DNA of 62,151 nucleotides, filler included, from Thermodesulfobacteriota bacterium (lineage in GTDB: Bacteria; DASVDK01): assembly GCA_036381125.1 (NCBI GenBank). It is 6 parts of 6 records of this genome, joined end to end, with 100 filler letters (N's around TTAATTAATTAA, not from the genome) between each part and the next. Parts side by side here need not be neighbours in the genome. Positions count along the whole stretch, not along the records: positions 13,269 to 20,556 come from DASVDK010000205.1; positions 20,657 to 27,615 come from DASVDK010000207.1; 4 more parts are not named here. The stretch is one strand, 5' to 3'. Position 1 is the first letter of the stretch. Each line of letters opens with the position of its first letter. Below, piece by piece: positions 13,269 through 25,516 of the stretch. The position numbers and the translations under genes were made by a program. The notes under the pieces are model-generated. The model made no database searches. It was not told the origin of the DNA and saw nothing but the letters and a program-made list of their open reading frames with translations.

Positions 13269-14367
13269 GGGCGAGCTGCGCGAGGCGGCGGCGCTCGTCC
13301 CCGGGCAGCCGGCGGTCGAGTCGGCGTTGACGATCGCCCTCGAGGCGCTCGGCCATCGCCGCCTCGCCGACGGCGACTTCGCCGGCGCCGAGGCGGCCCT
13401 GGCGCAGGCGCTGTCCCGCGACGCCGCGCGGGCCGAGTCCTGGACCGCGCTCGGCTACGCGCAACTGCGGCAGCGGCGGCCCGCCGACGCGAAGCTGAGC
13501 CTCGAGGAGGCGGTCCGCCTCCGCCCGGACGACGCGCAGGCGAACCTGCTGCTCGGCTACGCGCGCCACGAGACGGGCGACGCGGCGGGCGCCCTCGCGG
13601 CCCTCAGGGCGGGGCGGCCGGCCGCGGCCGACGACCCCGGCTACCGCGCGCTCGTCGCGCGCCTCGAGCGCGAGGTCGAGGCGGAGGCGGGCTTCCACAC
13701 CGCGGAGAGCGCGCACTTCACGGTCAGCTTCGAGGGGGGCGGGACGAGCGAGCAGGCCGGCTACCTCGTGAGCCTGCTCCTCGAGGAGGCCTACCACGCG
13801 GTCGGCCGCCGCCTCGAGTACTACCCGGACGAGCCGGTCCACGCGGTCCTCTACCCGCGGGAGCGCTTCCGCGACGTGACGCGCAGCCCCGGCTGGGCGG
13901 GCGCGATCTACGACGGCAAGATCCGGCTGCCGGTCGGAGGGCTCACCGATCGGACCGAGGCGCTCCGCCGGGCGGTCGCCCACGAGTACACGCACGCGCT
14001 CGTGCACCGGCTCGCGCGCGGCCGCGCGCCGGTCTGGCTGAACGAGGGCCTCGCCCAGCTCGGCGAGGGCGCCGGAACCGCGGCGGCCCGCGATCGCTTC
14101 CTCACCCACGTGCGGGCCGGCGGGCCGGTGGCGAGCCTGCGCCGCCTCGAAGGCAGCTTCATGGGGCTCGGCGCCGCCGAGGCCGAGCTGGCCTACCTTC
14201 AGGCGTTGACCGCGACCGACTTCCTCGTGACGCAGTACGGGCCGGCGGCGAGCCGGCGGATTCTCGACCGGCTGGGCGCGGGCGCGCCGCTCGCGGCCGC
14301 GATCGAGGAGGTCCTGTACGTGAGCTACGAGGAGTTCGAGCGGCAGTGGATGGCGCGCTACCGCTGA
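13269..14367 (+). CDS. TPR protein with peptidase MA-like (gluzincin) domain, 5' truncated
   Basis: TPR helices followed by 'AHEYTHALV...PVWLNEGLA' (HExxH...NEG). Confidence 0.85.
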
Positions 14368-14398
14368 CGCGGCCGCGCCGACGGCGTACAATGGTCCG

Positions 14399-15316
14399 GT
14401 GCCGCTGCGCCAGACCTCGGCCGTCGTCGTCCGCAGCCTCGATTACGGCGAGTCCGACCGAATCGTTACGTTCGTCACGCCAGACGCCGGCCGCCTGACC
14501 GGGATCGCGAAGGGCGCCAGGAAGAGCCGGCGCCGCTTCGGCGCGGCGCTCGAGCTGTTCACCTTCGTCCGCCTGACCTACTTCGAGAAGCCTGCCTTCG
14601 ACCTGGTCCGCCTCGAGTCGGCCGAGATCCTGGCCAGCTTCCCGGACGCGCGCCGCGACCTGGTGAAGATCGCGCAGGCCGCCTACCTCGTCGAGGCGGC
14701 CGGACGCGCCGTCCAGCCGCGGGAGCCGGCCCTGCCGGTGTTCCGGCTCCTCGTGGAGACCCTCGGCGCCGTCGACGCCGAGCCGCCCGACGAGCGGCGG
14801 CTCAGGGCGTTCGAGCTCAGGCTGCTCGCCCTGCTCGGCTACCACCCCGAGCTGCGTCGCTGCGCGCGCTGCCGGCGGCCGCGACCCGAGACCGGGCGCT
14901 TTCGGGTGAGCGTACAGGCGGGCGGGCTCCTTTGCCGCACCTGCAGCGGCGAGCCCGACTGGGACGGCGCCGGCCTTGCCGCCGAGCCGGTCGGGGCGAG
15001 CGCCAAGGCCCTCGCGGGGCGCAAAGCCGGGGAGGCGTCGGCGGGGCCGACTCCGAGGTCCGGTCGGGGCGGGGCGCCGGCCGGCCCACCCGACTCCAGG
15101 GCCGACTACGTCGCCGTGTCGGGTCGGCTGCTCGACCGGATGGCCGACCTGCTCGACCTGGCCGAGGCGCACCCCGAGCGAGTCGTGCCGCTCGACCTCG
15201 AGCCCGCCGAGGCGCTCGAGGCGCGCCGGCTGCTCCCGCGGCTCCTGGCGTCGCACCTGGGGACGGAGTTCAGGTCGCTCGGCTTTCTCGATCGACTGGC
15301 GCACGACAACCCGTGA
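14399..15316 (+). CDS. recO: DNA repair protein RecO
   Basis: 'DYGESDRIVTF', 'IAKGARKSRRRFGAALE', 'FELRLLALLGY', Zn finger CARC...CRTC. Confidence 0.93.
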   Translation: MPLRQTSAVVVRSLDYGESDRIVTFVTPDAGRLTGIAKGARKSRRRFGAALELFTFVRLTYFEKPAFDLVRLESAEILASFPDARRDLVKIAQAAYLVEAAGRAVQPREPALPVFRLLVETLGAVDAEPPDERRLRAFELRLLALLGYHPELRRCARCRRPRPETGRFRVSVQAGGLLCRTCSGEPDWDGAGLAAEPVGASAKALAGRKAGEASAGPTPRSGRGGAPAGPPDSRADYVAVSGRLLDRMADLLDLAEAHPERVVPLDLEPAEALEARRLLPRLLASHLGTEFRSLGFLDRLAHDNP

Positions 15317-15332
15317 CGGGGAGGGGTGGACG

Positions 15333-15968
15333 ATGATCTACGAGCTCAGGGAGTACGCGGTCAGGCCCGGGAAGCTGGCCGAGATGATCGCGCTGTCGGG
15401 AGAGGTCGGGCGACGGATCCGCGGCGACGACTACGGGAAGCTCGAGGGCTACTGGACGACCGAGATCGGCCCGCTCAACCGCCTGATCAGCTTCTGGAGC
15501 TTCCCCAGCCTCGACGAGCGGGCGCGGCTGCGCCAGGCGCTCGGCGAGCACGAGCGCTGGAACCGGGAGTTCATCGCCAGGCTGCTGCCCAACCTGGTCG
15601 CCCGCGATACCCGCATCCTGTCGCCCGTTCTGCCGCTCAAGCCGCCGGCCGCCCGAGGGCACCTCTACGAGATGCGCCGCTACGTGGCGCACGTCGGCAA
15701 GTCATCCGAGTGGCTGCGCCTCTTCACCGAGGTCATGCCGACGCGCGAGCGCTACTCGCCGAACGCCGGCGTCTTCCGGTGCGAGATCGGCGACCTCGAC
15801 GAGATCGTCCACTTCTGGCCCTACCGGGACCTGAACCACCGCGCCGAGGTCCGCGCCGCGGTCGCGCAGGACCCGGCCTGGAAGGCCTTCCTCGCCGAGG
15901 CGACGCCGCTGCTGGTCCACGCCGAGACGGCCGTGCTCGTCCCGACGCCCTTCTCGCCCATGGGCTAG
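15333..15968 (+). CDS. NIPSNAP family protein (two domains)
   Basis: GGAGGGG RBS; 'MIYELREY', 'LYEMRRY', 'TEIGPLN', 'LVPTPFSP'. Confidence 0.88.
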   Translation: MIYELREYAVRPGKLAEMIALSGEVGRRIRGDDYGKLEGYWTTEIGPLNRLISFWSFPSLDERARLRQALGEHERWNREFIARLLPNLVARDTRILSPVLPLKPPAARGHLYEMRRYVAHVGKSSEWLRLFTEVMPTRERYSPNAGVFRCEIGDLDEIVHFWPYRDLNHRAEVRAAVAQDPAWKAFLAEATPLLVHAETAVLVPTPFSPMG

Positions 15969-16044
15969 CCTGCCCATGGGCTAGCCTAAGGCGCCTTGCC
16001 CTCTCGACATTTCGCGGTGGACCGGGCTAAGCCCATGTCTTTCC

Positions 16045-16072
16045 TTGCATTTTTGCCGTCCATTGCTAGGAT
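16045..16072 (+). promoter_or_regulatory. Probable sigma-70 promoter of glyQS
   Basis: TTGCAT-N16-TAGGAT with extended -10 TG, in an AT-richer patch. Confidence 0.5.
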
Positions 16073-16120
16073 GGGCGGAGTCCGTTCCACGAGCCTTCGG
16101 CCCGGTCCCGCGGAGAGCCT

Positions 16121-17470
16121 GTGCCTGTCGACAGCCTGGACACCATCGTCTCCCTCTGCAAGCGGCGGGGGTTCATCTTCCAGGGGAGCGAGATCTACGG
16201 GGGGATCGGCTCCACCTGGGACTACGGGCCCCTCGGCGTCGAGCTGAAGAACAACGTCAAGGCCGCCTGGGCGCGTGCGATGTTCCGCGAGCGGGACGAC
16301 GTGTTCCCGCTCGACTCGGCCATCCTGATGCACCCCGAGGTCTGGGTGGCCTCGGGCCACGTCGCCGGGTTCGCCGACCCGCTCGTCGACTGCCGCAATT
16401 GCAAGAAGCGCTTCCGCGCCGACCACATCGGCGTCGCCGTGGGGGCGGGCACCCCGGGGGTGCCTGCCGCCCAGGTGCCCTGCCCGAGCTGCGGGCAGCG
16501 GACCCTCACCGAGCCCCGCATGTTCAACCTCATGTTCAAGACCTTCATCGGGCCGGTCGAGGAGGAGGCCGCGGTCGTCTACCTGCGTCCCGAGACGGCG
16601 CAGGGCATCTTCGTCAACTTCGACAACGTCATGACGACGATGCGGCGCAAGCCCCCCTTCGGGATCGCGCAGATCGGCAAGGCGTTCCGCAACGAGATCA
16701 CCCCCGGCAACTTCACCTTCCGGACGCGCGAGTTCGAGCAGATGGAGTGCGAGTTCTTCTGCCCGCCCGGCACAGACGCGGAGTGGCACCTCAAGTGGGT
16801 CGAGGAGCGGTTCCGCTGGTACGTCCGGTACGGGATCAAGGAGGAGAACCTCCGGCTGCGGGAGCACGGCAAGGACGAGCTGGCGCACTACGCGAAGGCG
16901 ACCTTCGACATCGAGTACCGCTTCCCGATGGGGTGGAGCGAGCTCGAGGGGATCGCCAACCGGACCGACTTCGACCTCAAGCAGCACGCGAAGCACTCCG
17001 GCAAGGAGCTGGCGTACCTCGACGACGCCACCGGCCAGAAGGTGGTCCCGTACGTGATCGAGCCCTCGGCCGGTGCCGACCGGGCCACGCTCGCCTTCCT
17101 GATCGACGCGTATCACGAGGAGAAGGTGAGGGACGAGAAGCGCGTCGTGCTTCGCCTCCACCCGGCGCTGGCGCCGACGAAGGTGGCGGTGCTGCCGCTC
17201 CTGCGCAACCGCCCCGAGCTGGTCGAGATGGCCCGCGGGCTGGCGGCGCGCCTCAGGCCGCACTTCGCGACCGTGTACGACGACACGGCCTCCATCGGCC
17301 GCCTCTACCGGCGCCAGGACGAGGTGGGGACGCTCCTCTGCGTCACGGTCGACGTCCAGAGCCTCGAGGACCGGCAGGTGACCGTGCGCGACCGCGACAC
17401 CATGCACCAGGATCGCATCCCGATCGAGCGGGTCGAGGCCTACGTCCGCGATCGGGTCGCAGGCAATTAG
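16121..17470 (+). CDS. glyQS: Glycine--tRNA ligase, homodimeric alpha2 type
   Basis: 'SLCKRRGFIF..SEIYGG', 'YLRPETAQGIF', 'FRNEITPGNF.FRTREFEQME', 'IGRLYRRQDEVGT'. Confidence 0.95.
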   Translation: MPVDSLDTIVSLCKRRGFIFQGSEIYGGIGSTWDYGPLGVELKNNVKAAWARAMFRERDDVFPLDSAILMHPEVWVASGHVAGFADPLVDCRNCKKRFRADHIGVAVGAGTPGVPAAQVPCPSCGQRTLTEPRMFNLMFKTFIGPVEEEAAVVYLRPETAQGIFVNFDNVMTTMRRKPPFGIAQIGKAFRNEITPGNFTFRTREFEQMECEFFCPPGTDAEWHLKWVEERFRWYVRYGIKEENLRLREHGKDELAHYAKATFDIEYRFPMGWSELEGIANRTDFDLKQHAKHSGKELAYLDDATGQKVVPYVIEPSAGADRATLAFLIDAYHEEKVRDEKRVVLRLHPALAPTKVAVLPLLRNRPELVEMARGLAARLRPHFATVYDDTASIGRLYRRQDEVGTLLCVTVDVQSLEDRQVTVRDRDTMHQDRIPIERVEAYVRDRVAGN

Positions 17471-17643
17471 CGGCGGGGCGCCCCGCGCAGCGGGGCCCGG
17501 GCGTTAGCCCGGCGCGCCGGCAGGGCGGTCCGTGGGCGGCACGCGGGGACAGGAGCCGGTCGCCACGCGCGGCCCCGGGCCGCAGGCCCGAGCGCTGTGG
17601 CGGCGCACGCGCCGCGGCGCAGCCTCGGCATACGGAGGTGACG

Positions 17644-20400
<2,757 letters not shown>

Positions 20401-20402
20401 CC

Positions 20403-20556
20403 GTGCGCCGGTGGCCGCGTGCCGCCTCGGCGGCGGCTCTCGCCGCCGCCGGTGCGGTCGCGCTGGCGGCGCCCGCGTCGGCGCAGCGTCCGCCGGCCGG
20501 CGGGCTGGCCGCCGAGATGGCGGCCCCGGCCGCCACGCCCGAGCCGGCGCCCGGCC
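20403..20556 (+). CDS. Exported protein, N-terminal fragment (3' truncated by gap)
   Basis: GTG directly after the ppdK stop; signal peptide-like 'RRWPRAASAAALAAAGAVALAAPASA'. Confidence 0.45.
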
Positions 20557-20656
20557 NNNNNNNNNNNNNNNNNNNNNNNNNNNNNNNNNNNNNNNNNNNN
20601 TTAATTAATTAANNNNNNNNNNNNNNNNNNNNNNNNNNNNNNNNNNNNNNNNNNNN
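20557..20656. other. Artificial contig linker
   Basis: N-run + TTAATTAATTAA + N-run. Confidence 0.98.
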
Positions 20657-20778
20657 CAATCGATCCGACGCAGAACCGTGAGCGGAAGGATCACGTCCTG
20701 GTACTTGCCACGCCTGAAGGTATCGCGGATGAGATCTGCGACGCCCCAGATGAAGCTGACGATCTCGCTGTGGTTCAC
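20657..20778 (-). CDS. hsdM: Type I restriction-modification methyltransferase HsdM, N-terminus (truncated by gap; absent from the ORF track)
   Basis: Manual translation MNHSEIVSFIWGVADLIRDTFRRGKYQDVILPLTVLRRID matches the typical HsdM N-terminus; GGAG RBS upstream. Confidence 0.85.
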
Positions 20779-20831
20779 CGATTGAGAGTCTCCCTGATCG
20801 CTCGCGCTCCGTGGATCGTGAGTGACGAGCC

Positions 20832-21836
20832 CTAACGGCCGTGCTCGGTCGTCCGTCCCGACACGCCGCCGGCGCGCGAGAGTCCGTGCTCCACGATCAG
20901 CGTGGCGAGCTGAAGTCCGTCCACGAGTTCGATCTTGATGCCCTTGTCCTCGTAGTACTCGGCGGCCCTCTGGACGGCGCTGTCGGCGATCGTTCCTGAC
21001 GTTACGACCTTGCCAAGTTCCGCGGACTCGGCCTCGATGCCCTTGATGAGCTGGTCCACGACGTCGGCTCCGACCGGGGGCTCCGGCCGATAGTGCTTCG
21101 CCTGGACCGCAACGCGCAGGCGGAAGGCGCCGGCGACGCGGAACGTCGCCAGAAGGTCTGCTCCCTTGTCCTGAGCCCGTGGGATGATTCGCACCTCCTC
21201 GGCACCGAGCCCCTCGAGGACCCGCTTCAGAAGGCTCTCGAACCCGAAGTCGTTGAGCCGCCCGGACCGGATCTCCTGGAGAGCTTCGCGGACGAGTCGA
21301 TCATGCAGGTCCGTGTCGAACGTGGGCGCTTTGCTGCCAAGCGCGAGGGCAAGGCAGTCCTTGATCTCCTCGAGAACGTCGGTGGCCCACGCGCACGTGC
21401 CCTGGATCTTCATACGGGACTGCAGGCTCGACCTGGCCAGTCCTCTCGGGATCGGCCGCTTGTCGTTCAGCCACTTCACCTTGCGGCGAAAGGCCGTGTC
21501 GTCGTCGACCAGGTTCGGGTCATGCGTCGCGGGACTAGTGACTTCGGCGACGTAGAACTCCGCCCCGTAGGGGATGACGACGAGGTCACCCGGCTTCATC
21601 TCGCGAATGAAGCGCCACAGATGACCGGCGGCGTTCCCGGCCTTCCGGGGATTGCGCTCCGTGCGGTAGTACCGTTTGCGGACAACATCCCTGAAGGCTT
21701 CCCACTCCAGGCTGGGATCCAGCAGTTCCGCCGCTTCGGACCAGCCGATGATGATCTGGTCGGACCGGAGGGCGTCCTGCATTCGATCCTCTCGGCCTGG
21801 CGCTATCCGGAGGATGAACGCCTCCTGCGAAGACAT
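20832..21836 (-). CDS. Mrr-family restriction endonuclease with N-terminal EVE/PUA-like domain
   Basis: 'FIREMKPGDLVVIP...RRKVKW' N-domain; Mrr catalytic domain 'FESLL...DKGADLLA...VQAK...IELVDG'; GC visibly lower than flanks. Confidence 0.85.
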   Translation of the reverse strand: MSSQEAFILRIAPGREDRMQDALRSDQIIIGWSEAAELLDPSLEWEAFRDVVRKRYYRTERNPRKAGNAAGHLWRFIREMKPGDLVVIPYGAEFYVAEVTSPATHDPNLVDDDTAFRRKVKWLNDKRPIPRGLARSSLQSRMKIQGTCAWATDVLEEIKDCLALALGSKAPTFDTDLHDRLVREALQEIRSGRLNDFGFESLLKRVLEGLGAEEVRIIPRAQDKGADLLATFRVAGAFRLRVAVQAKHYRPEPPVGADVVDQLIKGIEAESAELGKVVTSGTIADSAVQRAAEYYEDKGIKIELVDGLQLATLIVEHGLSRAGGVSGRTTEHGR

Positions 21837-22064
21837 GGAAACGCTCTGTGCACGATGGAACCCCCAGACCAACAGGCGGCGCGGCTGCCCCGACGAACCA
21901 GGCGGACTTCTCGACGCCAGTCACCTGGGCTCTCGCTGCCCCGTGATGGATCCTATCGGTCTTGCTCGGCCTTGGCAATCGCTTCCATAGGCCAGGATCG
22001 CTCTGTGGGAGTGCTGCCGGGCTTGTCAACCGCCGGGAACTCGATCTGGGTGCCCGTGCGTGTG

Positions 22065-22111
22065 ACGGCGGCTGCCCGGCCGAGGTCCAACTCGGTCCGA
22101 ACCGAGTTGGA
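22065..22111. repeat. Solo copy of the HNH-element 3' palindrome (TCCAACTCGGT-CCGA-ACCGAGTTGGA)
   Basis: 22065-22108 matches 41921-41964 at 40 of 44 positions. Confidence 0.8.
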
Positions 22112-22242
22112 GGCGCCGGCTGACGCCCGGCGCCGTCGGTTCGTCACGGGCGCCAGCGGCCGGCGGCAGGGGTCTGCCTACGAGGTCCCCCGGAACGCGA
22201 CGGCCGGTGGACGCCGGGACGCGCGAGGCTGGACGGCGCGGC

Positions 22243-22292
22243 CTGGAAAACGGAAAGGCCTGACCCCCTGGAAAATGGAAAGGCCTGACCCC
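22243..22292 (+). repeat. Two tandem REP-like 25-bp units (family 1)
   Basis: CTGGAAAA(C/T)GGAAAGGCCTGACCCC x2; related inverted half GGGGTCTGCC at 22169-22178. Confidence 0.85.
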
Positions 22293-22319
22293 CGGGTGGG
22301 CTGCGGTATGCTCGGCCCC

Positions 22320-23876
22320 ATGCCGCGAGCCGTACCGGCGCTCCTCGCGCCGCTCCAACACGCCGACTTCCGCCGGCTCTGGCTCGGCACCATGATCTCC
22401 CACGCGGGCGACTGGATGGACACCGTTGCCCTCTCGTGGCTCGTGCTGGCCGTGGCCGGCACGCCGGTGGCGCTGGGCTGGCTCGCGCTGGCCCGCGGCG
22501 GGCCGATCCTCCTCTTCACGCTCGTGGGCGGCGCGGTGGCGGACCGCGTCGACCGCCGGCGGCTGGTGGTCGCCACGCAGGTGGCCGGCCTGGTGCTGGC
22601 GCTGCTGCTCGGCAGCCTCGCCGTCGCGGGGTGGACGCCCCTCTGGCTCGTGCTGGCCGTGGCGGCCGGTCGCGGCGTGGCGATGTCGTTCAACATCCCG
22701 GCGCGACAGTCGCTGGTGCCGGCCCTGGTCCCCCGGGAGGTGCTGGCGCCGGCGATCGCCCTCAACTCGGCGACCTTCAACACGATGCGCGCCTTCGGCC
22801 CGGCGGCGGGCGGGCTCCTGGTGGCGGCGGCCGGCCCGGGGGTCGCCTTCCTGGCGAACGCGGCCTCCTACGTGCCGGCAATCGTCGCCACGCTCGCCAT
22901 CACGACCTCCGGGCGCGTGGCCGCGGGGACGGTCCCGGGCCGCAGCCTCGCGGCCGAGATCACGCAGGGTCTCGTGCACGTGGCGCGCACGCCGGCCCTG
23001 CGCGCGCCGCTCGCCCTCGTCATCCTCCCGATGGTGCTGGGGCAGCCGTACATCTCGCTGCTCGCGGTCTTCGCCCGCGACGTGCTGGCCGCCGGCCCGG
23101 CGGGCTACGGCTTCCTCGTCGCCGCCTCGGCGCTCGGCTCCATCGTGGGGGCGCTCTACGTCGGCCACCGGGCCGACGCGCCGCGCGACCTCTGGCAGGT
23201 CCGCGCCATCCTGCTGCACGCGGTCTCGCTCGTCCTCTTCGCCGCCTCGGGGGTCTACGCGCTCTCGCTCGTGCTCGTGGTACTGGTCGGCGCCACGTCG
23301 ACCGCCGCGATCGCCATCGCGGTGACCCGCCTGCAGGAGTCGGCCGACGACGCCATGCGGGGCCGGGTGATGAGCGTCTTCTTCCTGAACCGGGGCCTGG
23401 TCCCGCTCGGCACGATGGTCGGCGCCGCGGGCGCCGCGGCGGTCGGGGCGCCGCTGGCGCTGGCCGCGATGGCCGCGCTGATGGGGGCGCTGGTGCTACC
23501 GGTTCGACGAGCGGCCGGGTCTGGCGTACGCGACGAGGGAGAGGACGGTCACCAGGAGGGCGGCGGCGAGGACCAGTCCGGGCGGAAGGTCGCCGTAGAG
23601 GACCGGCTCGAGCATCCGGGCGAGGAAGCCGCGGTCGTCGACGGGCTGGCCGGCCAGGCGGCGGAAGTGGTCCTCGACGTAGGTGAGCGGGCAGACCCAA
23701 CGGAAGGCGGCCACGGCCACCGCGTAGGCCAGCGCGGCCAGGTGGGGCCGGCGCAGCCACGGCCGGCCCCGGGCGACGAGGGCGCCGAAGGCGACGAAGA
23801 CGAGGAACGCGGCGTGCGCCACGAGCGCCAGGTCGGCGAGGGCCGCGTAGAGCGTCGTCATCGCGAAGGATCGTAG
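22320..23876 (+). CDS. MFS transporter (MFS_3/EntS-like)
   Basis: 'PLQHADFRRLWLG', motif A 'GGAVADRVDRRRL', 'PARQSLVPALV', 'MRGRVMS'; the frame continues past the last TM helix through the opposite-strand gene. Confidence 0.88.
   Translation: MPRAVPALLAPLQHADFRRLWLGTMISHAGDWMDTVALSWLVLAVAGTPVALGWLALARGGPILLFTLVGGAVADRVDRRRLVVATQVAGLVLALLLGSLAVAGWTPLWLVLAVAAGRGVAMSFNIPARQSLVPALVPREVLAPAIALNSATFNTMRAFGPAAGGLLVAAAGPGVAFLANAASYVPAIVATLAITTSGRVAAGTVPGRSLAAEITQGLVHVARTPALRAPLALVILPMVLGQPYISLLAVFARDVLAAGPAGYGFLVAASALGSIVGALYVGHRADAPRDLWQVRAILLHAVSLVLFAASGVYALSLVLVVLVGATSTAAIAIAVTRLQESADDAMRGRVMSVFFLNRGLVPLGTMVGAAGAAAVGAPLALAAMAALMGALVLPVRRAAGSGVRDEGEDGHQEGGGEDQSGRKVAVEDRLEHPGEEAAVVDGLAGQAAEVVLDVGERADPTEGGHGHRVGQRGQVGPAQPRPAPGDEGAEGDEDEERGVRHERQVGEGRVERRHREGS
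23496..23861 (-). CDS. DUF2784-like small membrane protein
   Basis: 'LYAALADLALVAHAAFLVFV', 'WVCPLTYVE', 'RGFLARMLEPVLY'. Confidence 0.8.
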   Translation of the reverse strand: MTTLYAALADLALVAHAAFLVFVAFGALVARGRPWLRRPHLAALAYAVAVAAFRWVCPLTYVEDHFRRLAGQPVDDRGFLARMLEPVLYGDLPPGLVLAAALLVTVLSLVAYARPGRSSNR

Positions 23877-23893
23877 CGCGGTACACTCGGCGG

Positions 23894-25516
23894 ATGGCGA
23901 CGGTTGCCGAGGTCGTCGTGCGCTGCCTGGAGCAGGAAGGGGTCGAGTACGTCTTCGGCGTGCCGGGCGAGGAGAACCTCGACCTGGTCGACGCGCTCGC
24001 CGCCTCCCGGATCCGGCTGATCCTGACGCGACACGAGCAGGGCGCGGCCTTCATGGCGGACGTCTACGGCCGCCTCACCGGCCGCGCCGGCGTCTGCCTC
24101 GCCACGCTCGGCCCGGGCGCGACGAACCTCGTCACGGGCGTGGCCGACGCCAACATGGACCACGCGCCCCTCGTGGCGATCACGGGGCAGGCGTCGCTCG
24201 ACCGGATGCACAAGGAGAGCCACCAGTACCTGGACCTGGTGACGCTCTTCCACCCGATCACGAAGTGGAACGCCCAGATCCGGACGCCGGTCATGACGAC
24301 CGAGGCGATCCGGAAGGCGTTCAAGCTCGCGCAGACCGAGCGGCCCGGCGCCACGCACGTGGACCTCCCCGAGGACGTGGCGAGGACGGCGGTGGAGCCG
24401 GGGGACGATCGCCCGCTGTTCGTCCAGTACCCGGTCCTGCCGGAGCCGACCCCGGCGCAGGTCGCGCGCGCGGCCCGCGTCCTCGACGACGCGAAGCGCC
24501 CGCTCGTCCTGGCCGGCCACGGCGTCGCGCGGGGCCGGGCGTCGGACGCGCTCCGCCGCTTCGCGGAGCGGACCGGCATCCCGGTCGTGACCACCTTCAT
24601 GGGCAAGGGGACCCTCCCCGCCTCGCACCCGCTGCACGTCGGCGCCATCGGCATCCCGGGAGACGACTACATCGCCGGGGCGCTCGCCGAGGAGGCCGAC
24701 CTCGTCGTCGCGGTCGGCTACGACCTGGTCGAGATCGCGCCGTCCCGGTGGAACCCGCGGCGCAACCAGACGATCCTGCACGTGAACGCCATGCCGGCCG
24801 AGGTGGACGCCGACTACATCGTGGCGGTGGGGCTCGCCGGCGACATCACCCGGGCGCTCGACGAGCTGGGGGCGGCGGTCCGGCCGCGCGCGGCAGGCGC
24901 GTTCGACGCCCTCGTCGCGCGAGCGCGCGCCGAGCTGGGCGAGGAGGCCGACGACCCCGCCTTCCCCATGAAGCCGGCGCGCGTCGTGGCCGACCTGCGC
25001 CGCGCCCTCGGGCCCGACGACATCGTCGTGTCCGACGTCGGCGTCCACAAGCTCTGGCTCGGCCGCCGCTACCCCTGCGAGCGTCCCAACACCTGCATCA
25101 TCTCGAACGGCTTCGCCGCCATGGGGATCGCGGTGCCGGGCGCGGTGGTCGCGAAGCTCGCCCTGCCGGAGCGCACCGTCGTCGCGGCCACCGGCGACGG
25201 CGGCTTCCTCATGAACTCCCAGGAGCTGGAGACGGCGATGCGGATCGGCGCGCCGATCGTCGTCGTCGTCTTCGACGACCGGACCTTCGGCCTGATCAGG
25301 TACAAGCAGGAGCGGCAGTTCGGCCGCAGCGCCGCGGTCGACTTCTCGAACCCGGACTTCGTCCGCTACGCGGAGAGCTTCGGCGCGAAGGGCTACCGGG
25401 TCGAGTCCGCGGACGCGCTCCTGCCGACCCTGCGCGAGGCGATCGCGAGCCGGACCGTGGCCGTCGTCGCCTGCCCGGTCGACTACCGGTACAACGCGAC
25501 CCTCGCGCGCCCCTAG
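23894..25516 (+). CDS. Acetolactate synthase large subunit-like TPP enzyme
   Basis: 'FGVPGEENL', 'RHEQGAAFMA', 'TLGPGATN', TPP motif 'GDGGFLMN'. Confidence 0.92.
   Translation: MATVAEVVVRCLEQEGVEYVFGVPGEENLDLVDALAASRIRLILTRHEQGAAFMADVYGRLTGRAGVCLATLGPGATNLVTGVADANMDHAPLVAITGQASLDRMHKESHQYLDLVTLFHPITKWNAQIRTPVMTTEAIRKAFKLAQTERPGATHVDLPEDVARTAVEPGDDRPLFVQYPVLPEPTPAQVARAARVLDDAKRPLVLAGHGVARGRASDALRRFAERTGIPVVTTFMGKGTLPASHPLHVGAIGIPGDDYIAGALAEEADLVVAVGYDLVEIAPSRWNPRRNQTILHVNAMPAEVDADYIVAVGLAGDITRALDELGAAVRPRAAGAFDALVARARAELGEEADDPAFPMKPARVVADLRRALGPDDIVVSDVGVHKLWLGRRYPCERPNTCIISNGFAAMGIAVPGAVVAKLALPERTVVAATGDGGFLMNSQELETAMRIGAPIVVVVFDDRTFGLIRYKQERQFGRSAAVDFSNPDFVRYAESFGAKGYRVESADALLPTLREAIASRTVAVVACPVDYRYNATLARP

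Noticed and set aside
22243-22292. 25-bp direct repeats as a possible CRISPR array
   Set aside because: Units are directly adjacent with no spacers, at most two per site, and no cas genes are present
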